DNA of 64,000 nucleotides from a virus: positions 32,001 to 96,000 of IMG/VR virus record IMGVR_UViG_3300047311_000323; one strand, written 5' to 3'. A model generated the notes under the pieces. That model was given only the letters and a program-made list of their open reading frames with translations, did no database searches and had not been told where the DNA came from. The position numbers were made by a program, and so were the translations under genes. Of this stretch, positions 36,983-46,619 are shown in pieces. Within the stretch, counting starts at the first letter, position 1, and every line of letters starts with the position of its first letter.

Positions 36983-38263
36983 TTATTGGGCTGGGGCTTT
37001 ATCAATGATTGCCGTTTTGAAGTAATTCAGCTTAGCAGTTACATCGGCGATAAGCTTATCTAGGTCTGCTTTGATAGATACAATGTCTGTGTCTTTTTTG
37101 TCCATATAGCTCTTTAGAACAGCTACGTTACTTCCGACACCAGCCAAGAAGTTTGTGATTTTAGCTTTTGAAGCTGGTGGGACTCTATTTTCAAAATGCA
37201 TATTTGTGTAAAGCTCGTATCTTTGGATAAGGGCATTTACTTGATTTTTGAAATCAGGAGCCTGGCTTACTGGCATTTTAGGAGCTGGTACGCCTGGAGG
37301 TAGTCTGGTTTGATCTGCAACCCAAGCGGTTGTAGGGGCCTTCAAATCATTGGTTGCCTGAATGGCGCCTTGGAAATCATTTGTTGCGGCCGTTCTTACC
37401 TCTTCATTATTAGAGTTCATGTAGACGGTAGTTTTAGCTTCTTCGAAAGCTTCTATCATTGCATTCAACTTAGGAACTGTAATTTCCTTGCTGGTTCGCA
37501 TTTCACTAACAACATTATTGGCTTTTTGAATTGTTCTTCCAAGATCACCAAGCCAATTGGTGTGTTCGTATCCAATCCAAGTTGTATGTTCTGCGTCTGT
37601 TTGTTCTTCTTTACCTTGCTTCATAGCAAGCTGTATTTTAGACATACCAGCGGCAGCTCTTTGATAAGCGCCGTATGCTGCCTCTATTAAATAGTTGGTA
37701 ACATATCTCTTCCACTTGTCTGGAGACGTTGACCAATCTTGAGCCATTTCAGGGCCAGTCCAATCTCTTGTTTGTGGTTGGGCTTGGCCGAGTACATTTC
37801 TAACAGAGTTAAGAATGGATGCGTTAGACAATTTACCGGTTGGCTTCTTGTTAACCATCTCAAGGTGTTTGAGATGTTGGTCAATAATAGTTTCAACAAC
37901 TGCTTCATCGCCTGCAACACCCTCTAGCTTGTGACTGCCTTTAGGATGAGCGGCATCAACTAAGTCATCACCCTTCTCTTTAGAAGTTTCGTAAAGAGTT
38001 TGAGCTTGCTTGTAGTTGAGATAGTTTGTTTCAATCTCGGCAGCCTCTTTAGCAAGACCTTGAGTCCTGAGACCAGCACATAGTTTGAAGATGTTCTCCA
38101 TAAGGTTAGGAGTTGGCGTGTAGTCCGCCTTCTTGGCAACAGAAGCCTTCTTTTCTAGAGTCTCTGGTTTAACCAGACCCTTTTCCTTTGCAACCTTTTC
38201 TAAGGCTCGCATAGTAGGAGAATCCTCGAATTTCATGTGTTTAAAAGTCATTGATGGCCTCAA
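36983..38263 (-). CDS. Putative internal head protein, N-domain paralogous to 31977
   Basis: EKVAKEKGLV / AKIAQERGLV; DAAHP...VVET...VNKKPTGKL / EDAHP...LVEN...VMKTPDGHL. The start may be MTFK at 38251. Confidence 0.55.
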   Translation of the reverse strand: MRPSMTFKHMKFEDSPTMRALEKVAKEKGLVKPETLEKKASVAKKADYTPTPNLMENIFKLCAGLRTQGLAKEAAEIETNYLNYKQAQTLYETSKEKGDDLVDAAHPKGSHKLEGVAGDEAVVETIIDQHLKHLEMVNKKPTGKLSNASILNSVRNVLGQAQPQTRDWTGPEMAQDWSTSPDKWKRYVTNYLIEAAYGAYQRAAAGMSKIQLAMKQGKEEQTDAEHTTWIGYEHTNWLGDLGRTIQKANNVVSEMRTSKEITVPKLNAMIEAFEEAKTTVYMNSNNEEVRTAATNDFQGAIQATNDLKAPTTAWVADQTRLPPGVPAPKMPVSQAPDFKNQVNALIQRYELYTNMHFENRVPPASKAKITNFLAGVGSNVAVLKSYMDKKDTDIVSIKADLDKLIADVTAKLNYFKTAIIDKAPAQ

Positions 38264-38341
38264 TTGAGTAGATTGTCTATAATATGCGGTATTATAGAAA
38301 GCTTCTACTAAATAAAAGAATATGCAGCTATTCTTAGGGGT

Positions 38342-39031
38342 TTAGAACCACAAGACTTCGATCATTGGGTTCATCGGAGTCGGTGGAGCAGTAACCATTG
38401 CAACAGCAGGGTGAATCGGACTTGGCCTACGAGTGGTTAAGAAGCCCGTCTCAGAAACATATAAGTTAGCTCTGACAGGGTATTGCTGATTGGTTTCATA
38501 CTGGTCAGTTTGAAAAAACATTCTTTCAAACCAAACCGTCATTCTACCAGAACCAGCAGTGCTGTCATCTCCTGGGATATTAGCTACTTGGTAAGTATAA
38601 TTAACAATTGCTTTGATGGCATTTGGCTGTCCAGTACCTGCTAAGTCTAAATTCAGAGGTGTTCCAGCCACAAAAGTAATAATTCCATTCACAGGATTCA
38701 AGACTACATTTACTGTAGAGTTGAAACTGGATGGAACAATATTTGGCTTTCTTAATTCTGCTTTGATATCAACCGGAGTAACTAAAACTCCGCCTGGACC
38801 TGGGACACCAACTGCTGGAACAATGACAGATTCGTTCCAAGAAACGTTGGTAAATGCTTTGGTTTTAATGTCGTCAATAACGCCAATAGGTGCGGTACCG
38901 TTGCTAACAGTAGCCATTACCTGATTACCAATAACTGTTAATTCAGCTATTTGGCCCGGCTGAAATTCTGCTGATGGGTCGCAGATGAAACTGACGGGTA
39001 ACGTGTTACCCACTTGTACTAGTCTTAGCAT
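38342..39031 (-). CDS. Second decoration-protein paralogue with an inserted domain
   Basis: MLRLVQVG..P..F and STAGSGRMTVW...G.LT align with 31100. Confidence 0.55.
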   Translation of the reverse strand: MLRLVQVGNTLPVSFICDPSAEFQPGQIAELTVIGNQVMATVSNGTAPIGVIDDIKTKAFTNVSWNESVIVPAVGVPGPGGVLVTPVDIKAELRKPNIVPSSFNSTVNVVLNPVNGIITFVAGTPLNLDLAGTGQPNAIKAIVNYTYQVANIPGDDSTAGSGRMTVWFERMFFQTDQYETNQQYPVRANLYVSETGFLTTRRPSPIHPAVAMVTAPPTPMNPMIEVLWF

Positions 39032-39082
39032 TAGTGTCCTTTATATCACTTATACCGCTCTAGTAGCTATATAACGTTTGGA

Positions 39083-39928
39083 TTAATCTCTTTCGTCTTC
39101 AAAATCTTCAATAGCGGAATCATTATCAAAGACCTCTAAAGTGTCTTCTCCAATTTCCATTCCCATTAGCTCATCGTCAGAAGCGCCAACATCAAAATTT
39201 GGTGAGCCGAGTAGCTCGGCAAATTCAGGATCAATACCACCATCTTCGGCCATGTTAAAAACTGTACCGTGGTGTTTTAGGTTCTCAACTTCTTTGTCAG
39301 GAGTTAAGCCTTTGGTGTGATGGTCAGGTGAACTTTTTTTTTGAGCGATGCTCTTAAAGACCAACTCATCGGGGCCTTTTGGTAGCTTCTCATCATATTG
39401 TGGTCTCAGCAAACTCTTTCCTTCAAACTCTTCGCCTGGTTGGAGATTGCTTGGATCAACTGGTGTTGTTGGATTTGACATCCAGTCATAGATTTTGCTG
39501 AAAGAACGGTTTGGATCCATTACTTGCTTGGCATCATCTTCAGACATAACGTTGGTTGGTCCAATGAATCTTCCAATTTGGTGATCAGAATATCCAAGAC
39601 CACGTAGAATCAAATTGAACTTAGCTTTGGCAATTGGGCTTCCCTTAGCAAACTCATGCATGTCACGTTGAGTCAATCCAGCTTCCATTAGTTTATGGAC
39701 GGATGGCATTTGCTGAACGTCACGTGCCTCGTTGCTTTGCGCAAGCTTTTGTAGAAGTTGCAGAACTTGATCCGCCCTGGCGGCCATACCCTGCTCTTCA
39801 AAAATTTCTAAAGCAGCGTGGAGGCAGTCAGCGGCCTTAGAAACGCCTGGCTTCTCGCCAGCCGCTTGCTTACGCAACTGCTTTTCCATTCCTGCAATTA
39901 GTTCATCTTCAAAAAGAGATTTTGCCAT
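39083..39928 (-). CDS. Putative internal head protein (paralogue trio, member 1)
   Basis: FEDEL..GMEK and AADCLHAALEIFEEQGM motif shared with 39937. Confidence 0.6.
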   Translation of the reverse strand: MAKSLFEDELIAGMEKQLRKQAAGEKPGVSKAADCLHAALEIFEEQGMAARADQVLQLLQKLAQSNEARDVQQMPSVHKLMEAGLTQRDMHEFAKGSPIAKAKFNLILRGLGYSDHQIGRFIGPTNVMSEDDAKQVMDPNRSFSKIYDWMSNPTTPVDPSNLQPGEEFEGKSLLRPQYDEKLPKGPDELVFKSIAQKKSSPDHHTKGLTPDKEVENLKHHGTVFNMAEDGGIDPEFAELLGSPNFDVGASDDELMGMEIGEDTLEVFDNDSAIEDFEDERD

Positions 39929-39936
39929 TTGGGTCC

Positions 39937-40422
39937 TTATACAAAAAACTTTGCGACCTTTAGTGCAGTCATAATCTGACTGACTAATTTATCTTTAACT
40001 TCTGGGTCTGTTATATCATGCTCTTTAGCTACATTAGAAACAGCTTCAGATAAAGTACTGTCTCCTTTGAGAACACTTCCAATCTTCTTGGCTAAACCAA
40101 TCAACTGTGCGGGGGTAGACATCTCTAACAGATTGTGTAAATCATGTTCGTTGACGCCTAACACATCGATTTTGCTCATCAAATCGGACAAAGAAAAAGC
40201 CTCACTAATCAATTGGTCAATGGCCATTGATTGCAAGACTTTTGTAACTTCTTCAGATTCTTTGCGCATACCTGCACGGTCGAAAATATCGGCCGCAGTA
40301 TTCAAAAGGTCAGCAGCTTGAGCTAGCTTATTGAAACCGTGAGTATTCTCGGTCTGGTTTTTGACTATAGTCTTCTCCATCGAACGATAGAGTTCGTCCT
40401 CAAAGCTGCCTAGTTTGTACAT
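39937..40422 (-). CDS. Putative internal head protein (paralogue trio, member 2)
   Basis: FEDELYRSMEK...AADLLNTAADIFDRAGM. Confidence 0.6.
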   Translation of the reverse strand: MYKLGSFEDELYRSMEKTIVKNQTENTHGFNKLAQAADLLNTAADIFDRAGMRKESEEVTKVLQSMAIDQLISEAFSLSDLMSKIDVLGVNEHDLHNLLEMSTPAQLIGLAKKIGSVLKGDSTLSEAVSNVAKEHDITDPEVKDKLVSQIMTALKVAKFFV

Positions 40423-40430
40423 TGTCGTCC

Positions 40431-41144
40431 TTACTTAGAAGATTTGGATGACTTCTTGTCGTCCTTCTTGTCAGACTTCTTTGGATCGCTCTTCTTATCC
40501 TTTGCAGAATGAGAATCGCTCTTCTTGGAATCTTTCTTGTCGTCCTTCTTCTTAGCGAATGGATTAGACTTCTTGTCCTTAGCAGACTGAGAGTCACTCT
40601 TCTTTTTCTTGTCAGACTTCTTGGTATCCTTTTCCTTCTTCTTGGCTTCAACAGTCAAGGAAGCAATCTTTAGGACAAGGGCAGATCCACGACCGAGGCC
40701 AACGGAGTCTAGAGCGGCAGATGCAGTTAGCAAGCTGTCGATAGCTACGTCGAATGCAGCAGAAGCTTCTAGATCATCGTCAGCAGAGCTGTCGTCAGAA
40801 TCAGAGTCCTTCTTTGCCTTACGAGCATCGTTGTCATCATCGTCATCAGCATCGCTAGAATCAGAATCGGAATCCTTCTTTTTGCGTGCATCGTTGTCAT
40901 CCCAGGCGCTGGAGGAATCTGAATCAGAATCCTTCTTTGCCTTACGGGCGTCATTGTCATCATCGTCGGCCATGCAGCTATCTTTATCTGCGTGACTGGA
41001 ACCGCACTTGGAACAGGAATGCTTTGCATCATTCATGTCTTGTGCATACTTGTATTGAACATCGAACAACGACTTGTGTTCTTTGCTGTTTAGAACCGCA
41101 TTCATAGTTGCGGCTACAAAATCTGATACGCTCTGGTTTTTCAT
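40431..41144 (-). CDS. Highly charged low-complexity head protein (paralogue trio, member 3)
   Basis: Acidic DDNDARK(A)KKDSDSD repeats, SLLTASAALDSVGL motif, Lys-rich tail, one CSKC. Confidence 0.65.
   Translation of the reverse strand: MKNQSVSDFVAATMNAVLNSKEHKSLFDVQYKYAQDMNDAKHSCSKCGSSHADKDSCMADDDDNDARKAKKDSDSDSSSAWDDNDARKKKDSDSDSSDADDDDDNDARKAKKDSDSDDSSADDDLEASAAFDVAIDSLLTASAALDSVGLGRGSALVLKIASLTVEAKKKEKDTKKSDKKKKSDSQSAKDKKSNPFAKKKDDKKDSKKSDSHSAKDKKSDPKKSDKKDDKKSSKSSK
40780..40970 (-). repeat. Three imperfect DNA tandem repeats encoding DDNDARK(A)KKDSDSD
   Basis: Visible gaatcagaatcc/ttctttgccttacg/catcgttgtcatc units; ends approximate. Confidence 0.8.
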
Positions 41145-41172
41145 TTGTAGTATCCTCGTTCTAGGTTAAGCT

Positions 41173-44100
41173 TTAGAACACACCCTTTTTATTACCAAAG
41201 AGGTTTGACAACTGGGTATAAGAGTCATCCTCGACTGCTTGAGCTGGAGAGAATTCTCCATCAACTCTGAGACCAACTTGTGGCATGCTTCCTGCAGACT
41301 TACGCAGCATACCTGGTTCATGACGGGCAACGACCTTCTTGAGGGATTCGAATGCGTCATCATTAAACTTCATAATCTGATCAACTTGATCTGAGATGGT
41401 TACTCTGTCATGCTTGCACAGACCACGGTCAACCATGTCATAGGTTAGTTCATAGGCACGAGCTAGCTTAATTCTGAAGGTGTTTAACTCTTCTTCCATA
41501 GCTGACTTGACATGTTCCTTCACCATTTCACTGGCAAATTCACTTCCGCCATCAACTTCACCGAAGTACTTCTTCCAGTAAGCAACAGCTTCCTTGTCCA
41601 ATCCGTAAGATGCTAGAGCATCAACGTCATTTGGATCAAGCTTGCCCTCAGAGACGAGTCTCTGAATGACTTCTGCTTCTTTGCGAACCTTTGGTGGTGC
41701 CTTAGCAACCTCCAACATTCTCTTGTTTACTTCTGGGAGGGTCTCAACCAATCCGAGGCTGTCGGATGGCTTTACTTCCAATTCAGTTTGTCCATCGGCT
41801 AGTCTGTCGGCCTGGTCTAGCATATCACTAAACTTTTGCTTGGACATGTCTTGGATTTCTCCGTCTTCTTCTTTACCGAGAGCGTCAGCAGCCAACTTGG
41901 CCCTGAGAGCTGCACGGCCTGCTCTATCATCAAATGATGCCATAGTTAACTTCTTTCCGGCCAACTCTGGTGGTACTTTCTCACCTTGTTCAAAAGTGAG
42001 ATCGTTGTCGTCAGCCAAACCTTCTAGTAGTGGTTCTGCATGTGGCTCTTCGTGTTCGTGTTCTTCACCGCCCACATCTCCATCTAGAAGACCTTCGAGT
42101 CCATCCAAACCACCCAAACCTTCGCCACCCAAATCGCTGTGGTCTTGGTCATCGCCCATCATTTCTTGGACGGCATCCAAATCTGCGTTGGTGTCGTTGA
42201 TTAAGCCCATTAAGTCGCCGCCATCTGCGGAGTGGTTATCCTTCATGCTCATAGCGTCTCCTTCGTCTGAGGCAAGTGATTCGAGTTCTGACTCAATCTC
42301 TGCACGCTTGACAATGGCTTTAGTACCACGAGCATACTTGACGAATGCGGTCATTAGCTTAAAGCCGTCTGCTACAGCAGTCTTGGCTTCGTTTAATGCA
42401 TCGTCTACAATATTGCCTACAAAATCTTGGTTAGAATCAGTTACAGCGCCCTTGTCGTACATTCCAACAATCATATCTAGTTCTTGCTGGTGTTCAGTTA
42501 GTTCTGCAATAGCTTCTTTCATTGCATGAGTTAGTGCGCCATTCAATTCTCTTCTTAGAGTATTGAGGGTTGCTGTGCTGAAGTTATCAGAAGCAGAGGA
42601 CTCCATGGAGTCTTTCTTCTTCTTTGCATCTTGGTCGTCAGCAGCCATTGGGCCACCGGCTGGACCGCCTACGCCACCTGCTGGAGGAGCGCTACCTGCT
42701 TCTGGACCGCCCATTTCAGCTTGTTCACCAGTTAAGGCACGAACAGCTTCTACTAGGTCAGAGCTTAGGTCTCTTACCTTTTCGGCAAGTTCAACTGCAC
42801 TCTGCTTTGGGTCACCAGACTTGCCTGCGTCTTCTGCTGGAGGACCAGCATCTGGACCGGCATCACCACCTGGAGGTGGGGCACTGGATGGGTCACCGGC
42901 TGGAGGGCCGGCTGGTGGAGCACCACCTGGAGCGCCTTGTGCTTTCTTAATTAGTTTGCTTACCGCATCAGCACCATTAACTTTGACCTTTTCGATCAAC
43001 TTGGCACCGAAGTCCTTGGTAGCAATTGAGTCATATAGAACGTCAGTGTTTCCACCGGATAGTTCTGCAACAGATGCAGTCAACAATAGCTTGTCACCTA
43101 GGAATACTTCCCAAGCGCTTCTGCCCTTGTTCTGGGTGCCGTTGCTGTTGGCAGCCTTGACGAATCTGGCTCTTAGTTGAGCGCGTGCTAGCATCTGCTT
43201 ACGCTTCAATTCATCCTTTGGATCAGCGGAGGATGGAGAAGGGTGCATGCCGTCTACTGGACCAACACCTGGGAATGGTGGTTGACCAACCATGTGCTTG
43301 TCTTCGTATTCACGTAGTTCTTCGTTAAGCTTATCTTTTGGATACTTAACTTTACCTGGGGTTGGCTCGTTTACGCCGCCACCACCTAGGTAATAGGCTT
43401 CTTTGCTTCTCAAAGCGTCTTTTGCCATATTGACAATGGAGTTACGCTTGAGGGTGCGCTCTTCTGCTTCTGCACGAGCGAGCATCTTCTTACGCTCTAA
43501 CTCGCCAGATGGGTCAGCCGAAGCTGGAGAAGGGTGCATACCATCGACTGGACCTACCTCAGGGAAAGGAGGCTGACCCGTCATGTGCTTGTCTTCGTGT
43601 TCACGAAGTTGCTCATTGAGTCCGTCTTTTGGATATTTAACTTGGCCTGGAGTTGGCTCATTAACGCCACCGCCACCCTGGAAATAAGCTTGCTTATTGA
43701 TTTCTTTTGATCCGGACATGTGTTCCTCTTGTATTTTGGTAGTAGAAGTTTTTGCTAACTTATCCAAGCTCTTCTTCATTTGACTTAACGTAGCTTCAAT
43801 TGATGCAGTAACTTGCTGAAGCTCAGCCAATGATTCCGCCTCTACATCTGCGGATGCAAGCCTAATGGCTTGCGGAGTTTGGAGAGCCAATCCAGAATCC
43901 GGGGTTGTGCCAGTATCCATGGCTTGCGAACCCGACGATTGATTATATGTTGAAGAATTAGTATCTTTTCCAGAATTTTTTACGTTCTTGAATTCTTGCA
44001 CCTTACGAAAGGCTTCATCTAATTCTGTCTTGAAACTATCAATGTCACTTGCTTCGACGTTGAATTGAGCGCTTCCGCCGCCTTCTTCGCCATTTGGATC

Positions 44101-44931
44101 TGACACGTTTACATTAGCACTAAACTTGAGATCGGCCATTTTTTCTAGTTCTTTGGCACGATTCTCTAGATAAGTATTCATTGTATTTGCTGCAGCAATG
44201 ATGTGTTTGATGTTGGCTCTAGGATCCGCACCATTTACAACGATAGATAGCTCAATTGGATTGAGGTCTACGTTGATTTCACCGTAGCAAGTCTTGTTCT
44301 TCATATGACTGCAGAAGTCAGCTTCAGCGCGAGCGACTCGACCGCAATCATAACAGATGGCTCTTCCAACAGCAGTGCCCATAGATACGCAGTTAGAAAC
44401 GCCGGTTGAAATTTGTCTAGCTAATTGAGGGAATCCAGCCTTATCTAAGGCGCACAACGCAATCACTCTCTTGAGGCTGCGATCGTAATAGGTATCAACG
44501 ATAAAACCTCTAACATGGTCAACCGAACTCGATTTATGATCCACGCATAGAGGCTTGTGTTTCCACTTCTTGTAAGCTTTGGTTAATTCTGCTTCTGGAA
44601 AAATATCTCCATTGGAATTCTTATATGGCTTAATGTTAGGGTCATTTGATGCCCATTTCCATGTACCACCACTAGTATCCCAGCCTACTTCGACTGGTTC
44701 GCCCTTGAGCGTTAGCTTTGGTGTGCCATCTTCGTTAAGCGCTGCGGCCTCGGCGGCATGCATCATAACGGCAGAGAAATATAGGAAGTCTTCAGCTTTA
44801 GGTGCAATCTTCTTTAGGTTAGTTGCGAACTTCCTAAAGTTCTCCAATACCTCAGCACTCACCTCAGGAAGACATGATTCCATGTTCTCTAGTTTAATTT
44901 CGTGGGCTTCGCCTAATTTAATAATGGGCAT
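41173..44931 (-). CDS. Prohead (capsid maturation) protease fused to a long scaffold/core region, 1252 aa
   Basis: NGDIFP..EL...PLCVDH (His), VSMG (Ser), CYDCG...FCSH Zn motif, ELSIV; followed by coiled-coil, Pro-rich and acidic segments. Confidence 0.75.
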   Translation of the reverse strand: MPIIKLGEAHEIKLENMESCLPEVSAEVLENFRKFATNLKKIAPKAEDFLYFSAVMMHAAEAAALNEDGTPKLTLKGEPVEVGWDTSGGTWKWASNDPNIKPYKNSNGDIFPEAELTKAYKKWKHKPLCVDHKSSSVDHVRGFIVDTYYDRSLKRVIALCALDKAGFPQLARQISTGVSNCVSMGTAVGRAICYDCGRVARAEADFCSHMKNKTCYGEINVDLNPIELSIVVNGADPRANIKHIIAAANTMNTYLENRAKELEKMADLKFSANVNVSDPNGEEGGGSAQFNVEASDIDSFKTELDEAFRKVQEFKNVKNSGKDTNSSTYNQSSGSQAMDTGTTPDSGLALQTPQAIRLASADVEAESLAELQQVTASIEATLSQMKKSLDKLAKTSTTKIQEEHMSGSKEINKQAYFQGGGGVNEPTPGQVKYPKDGLNEQLREHEDKHMTGQPPFPEVGPVDGMHPSPASADPSGELERKKMLARAEAEERTLKRNSIVNMAKDALRSKEAYYLGGGGVNEPTPGKVKYPKDKLNEELREYEDKHMVGQPPFPGVGPVDGMHPSPSSADPKDELKRKQMLARAQLRARFVKAANSNGTQNKGRSAWEVFLGDKLLLTASVAELSGGNTDVLYDSIATKDFGAKLIEKVKVNGADAVSKLIKKAQGAPGGAPPAGPPAGDPSSAPPPGGDAGPDAGPPAEDAGKSGDPKQSAVELAEKVRDLSSDLVEAVRALTGEQAEMGGPEAGSAPPAGGVGGPAGGPMAADDQDAKKKKDSMESSASDNFSTATLNTLRRELNGALTHAMKEAIAELTEHQQELDMIVGMYDKGAVTDSNQDFVGNIVDDALNEAKTAVADGFKLMTAFVKYARGTKAIVKRAEIESELESLASDEGDAMSMKDNHSADGGDLMGLINDTNADLDAVQEMMGDDQDHSDLGGEGLGGLDGLEGLLDGDVGGEEHEHEEPHAEPLLEGLADDNDLTFEQGEKVPPELAGKKLTMASFDDRAGRAALRAKLAADALGKEEDGEIQDMSKQKFSDMLDQADRLADGQTELEVKPSDSLGLVETLPEVNKRMLEVAKAPPKVRKEAEVIQRLVSEGKLDPNDVDALASYGLDKEAVAYWKKYFGEVDGGSEFASEMVKEHVKSAMEEELNTFRIKLARAYELTYDMVDRGLCKHDRVTISDQVDQIMKFNDDAFESLKKVVARHEPGMLRKSAGSMPQVGLRVDGEFSPAQAVEDDSYTQLSNLFGNKKGVF
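43180..43700 (-). repeat. Two ~97-aa repeats (291-bp offset) inside the protease-scaffold gene
   Basis: KQAYFQGGGGVNEPTPG...KKMLARA and KEAYYLGGGGVNEPTPG...KQMLARA; gttggctc at 43652 and 43361. Confidence 0.9.
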
Positions 44932-44936
44932 GCGTA

Positions 44937-45092
44937 TTAGCTCCCTGACTTCTTCTTGGAAGAATCAGTTGACTCATCAGATTGTTTGATGAGATCTTTT
45001 GAACGATCTTTGACAGCTTTCTTTTGCTCTTCATTGAGTTCTTCGCCGTCAACGACGTTAAGTATTTTTCCATCACCGTGTTTAATAAACAT
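44937..45092 (-). CDS. 51-aa small protein missed by the ORF track
   Basis: GGAGAG SD; MFIKHGDGKILNVVDGEELNEEQKKAVKDRSKDLIKQSDESTDSSKKKSGS; fills the gap before the protease; two promoter motifs upstream (45121-45134, 45174-45187). Confidence 0.75.
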   Translation of the reverse strand: MFIKHGDGKILNVVDGEELNEEQKKAVKDRSKDLIKQSDESTDSSKKKSGS

Positions 45093-45197
45093 AAACTCTC
45101 CAAATGGGAGACCACACAGGTATAATGTAATATTGCTACAAATTTCCGGTCTGAGACTGAAAACTTCATCTATTATACAGCGATATTACCATTTTAA

Positions 45198-45848
45198 TCA
45201 TCTACCTGACGGGTTCCTCTCCTCTACTGCATCATTTAGCTGTTCTTGCCTCTGATTATATAGATCCACGATTAGTGGGGTCTTCTTCTCTATTTTCATC
45301 TGCAAATCATTACTAATTGCATCTACCCAACTACTTGCCAGTATATTAGTTTGAATATGAGATTTAATTCTTTCATCAATGATTTCATCAATCTCATCGC
45401 ACTGTTTTTGAATACCTTCAATAGCGGCTGTTACATCTTTCACAAACTCTTTAGACTGCAAATCGTTAAACAAATCTGCAAACTGATTAACTGAAACTTC
45501 CAAATCATCCACTGAAGCAATAAATGATTTCATCAGTTTAAGTGTTTGAGTATCGCTTTCAAATGTCTGCATAATGTTAACGCAGTCAAAAGATACCTTC
45601 TTAAACTTATCAAAATTCTCAATGGCCTTATCTCTAAAACGTCTAATGACAGCACGAGCTTTCATTACGTCTTCAGGCGTCATATCTGGGTTGTCTTTGA
45701 ATGGAGTCTTCATAATATTCAAATGATCGGCAGCCTGTATTAGAAACCTCTCAGCAGCCTTAAAATACAATAGCGCCTTCTCTGCCTGCTGCTTTTCGCT
45801 GTCAGACACATTATAGCTCATTTGTACCGAGTAAGACTTTTTAATCAT
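45198..45848 (-). CDS. Hypothetical helical-bundle protein
   Basis: Contiguous in the operon; amphipathic heptads. Confidence 0.6.
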   Translation of the reverse strand: MIKKSYSVQMSYNVSDSEKQQAEKALLYFKAAERFLIQAADHLNIMKTPFKDNPDMTPEDVMKARAVIRRFRDKAIENFDKFKKVSFDCVNIMQTFESDTQTLKLMKSFIASVDDLEVSVNQFADLFNDLQSKEFVKDVTAAIEGIQKQCDEIDEIIDERIKSHIQTNILASSWVDAISNDLQMKIEKKTPLIVDLYNQRQEQLNDAVEERNPSGR

Positions 45849-46619
45849 TCAATGACCTACCTCTGAGAAGAAACCATCCATACGTTCCACTGGTCCGAAA
45901 CCTCGCTGCCCAGCATCATTGTCATATTCTCCCACATTAGGGATTGTGACACTCTCACTAGGATCATGCCTAAATAGTGGTGGGCTATCATAATTTTCGC
46001 GAGTGGGGTATTGATCCAAATCTGATGGGTACAATGAATCTACTGGGTCCTGCTTAGTCTGGTTCAAGTGTGGAGAGAACGATCCTTGATGTCCTTCATC
46101 CAAGAAAGTGTCACGGTTATCACCAATATACTCTCGTTCATTGGAGACTATATCAGCACTATTAGTATCTTTATCGGGCTTGCAGTGACGGATAATCTGT
46201 TCGAACATATGCATGCTCTGAGGCGGGATACCAACACCAAAGCCTAATGCCTTAGCTTCTTGAATTGCTTTCTCTGGGTCTTTACCAAGAAATCTACACT
46301 CTACTATTGCAGAAGCTAATCCAGTTCTATCCTTACCTTCATGGCAATGAACAAATGTGGGGCCACCTTCTAGAAATAGCTTTTTCATATCCTGAGATAA
46401 AAAATCATACAAGCTTTTTCTAGTATGATCGATATACAGTTTGATATGATTGATTCCTAACATCTTACAAGCTCGATCAATCTTCTCGCCTGTTTCTTGA
46501 TCTAAAGATACAATCTTTTTAATACCCAACTTATCTTTAAGCTCAAGTACATCTTTTGGAGTAGGGCCAGAACCACGATACAATACATCAGGAATAACTG
46601 AACGGAATCTTCTAATCAT
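45849..46619 (-). CDS. Dual-specificity/tyrosine phosphatase (CX5R family) with an acidic C-terminal extension
   Basis: LYRGSGP...GIKKIVSL...VHCHEGKDRTG active-site loop. Confidence 0.9.
   Translation of the reverse strand: MIRRFRSVIPDVLYRGSGPTPKDVLELKDKLGIKKIVSLDQETGEKIDRACKMLGINHIKLYIDHTRKSLYDFLSQDMKKLFLEGGPTFVHCHEGKDRTGLASAIVECRFLGKDPEKAIQEAKALGFGVGIPPQSMHMFEQIIRHCKPDKDTNSADIVSNEREYIGDNRDTFLDEGHQGSFSPHLNQTKQDPVDSLYPSDLDQYPTRENYDSPPLFRHDPSESVTIPNVGEYDNDAGQRGFGPVERMDGFFSEVGH

Noticed and set aside
41666-43180. Long plus-strand ORFs (287 aa, 205 aa, 108 aa)
   Set aside because: Antisense shadows of the strongly codon-biased protease-scaffold gene; Ser/Ala-rich, no SD, no motifs.
40780-43700. 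CRISPR array
   Set aside because: The repeats are in-frame coding repeats with synonymous variation and no unique spacers.
44918-45169. 83-aa minus-strand ORF in the track
   Set aside because: It overlaps the protease start and lacks an SD. A different frame (44937-45092) has a strong SD and fits the gap.
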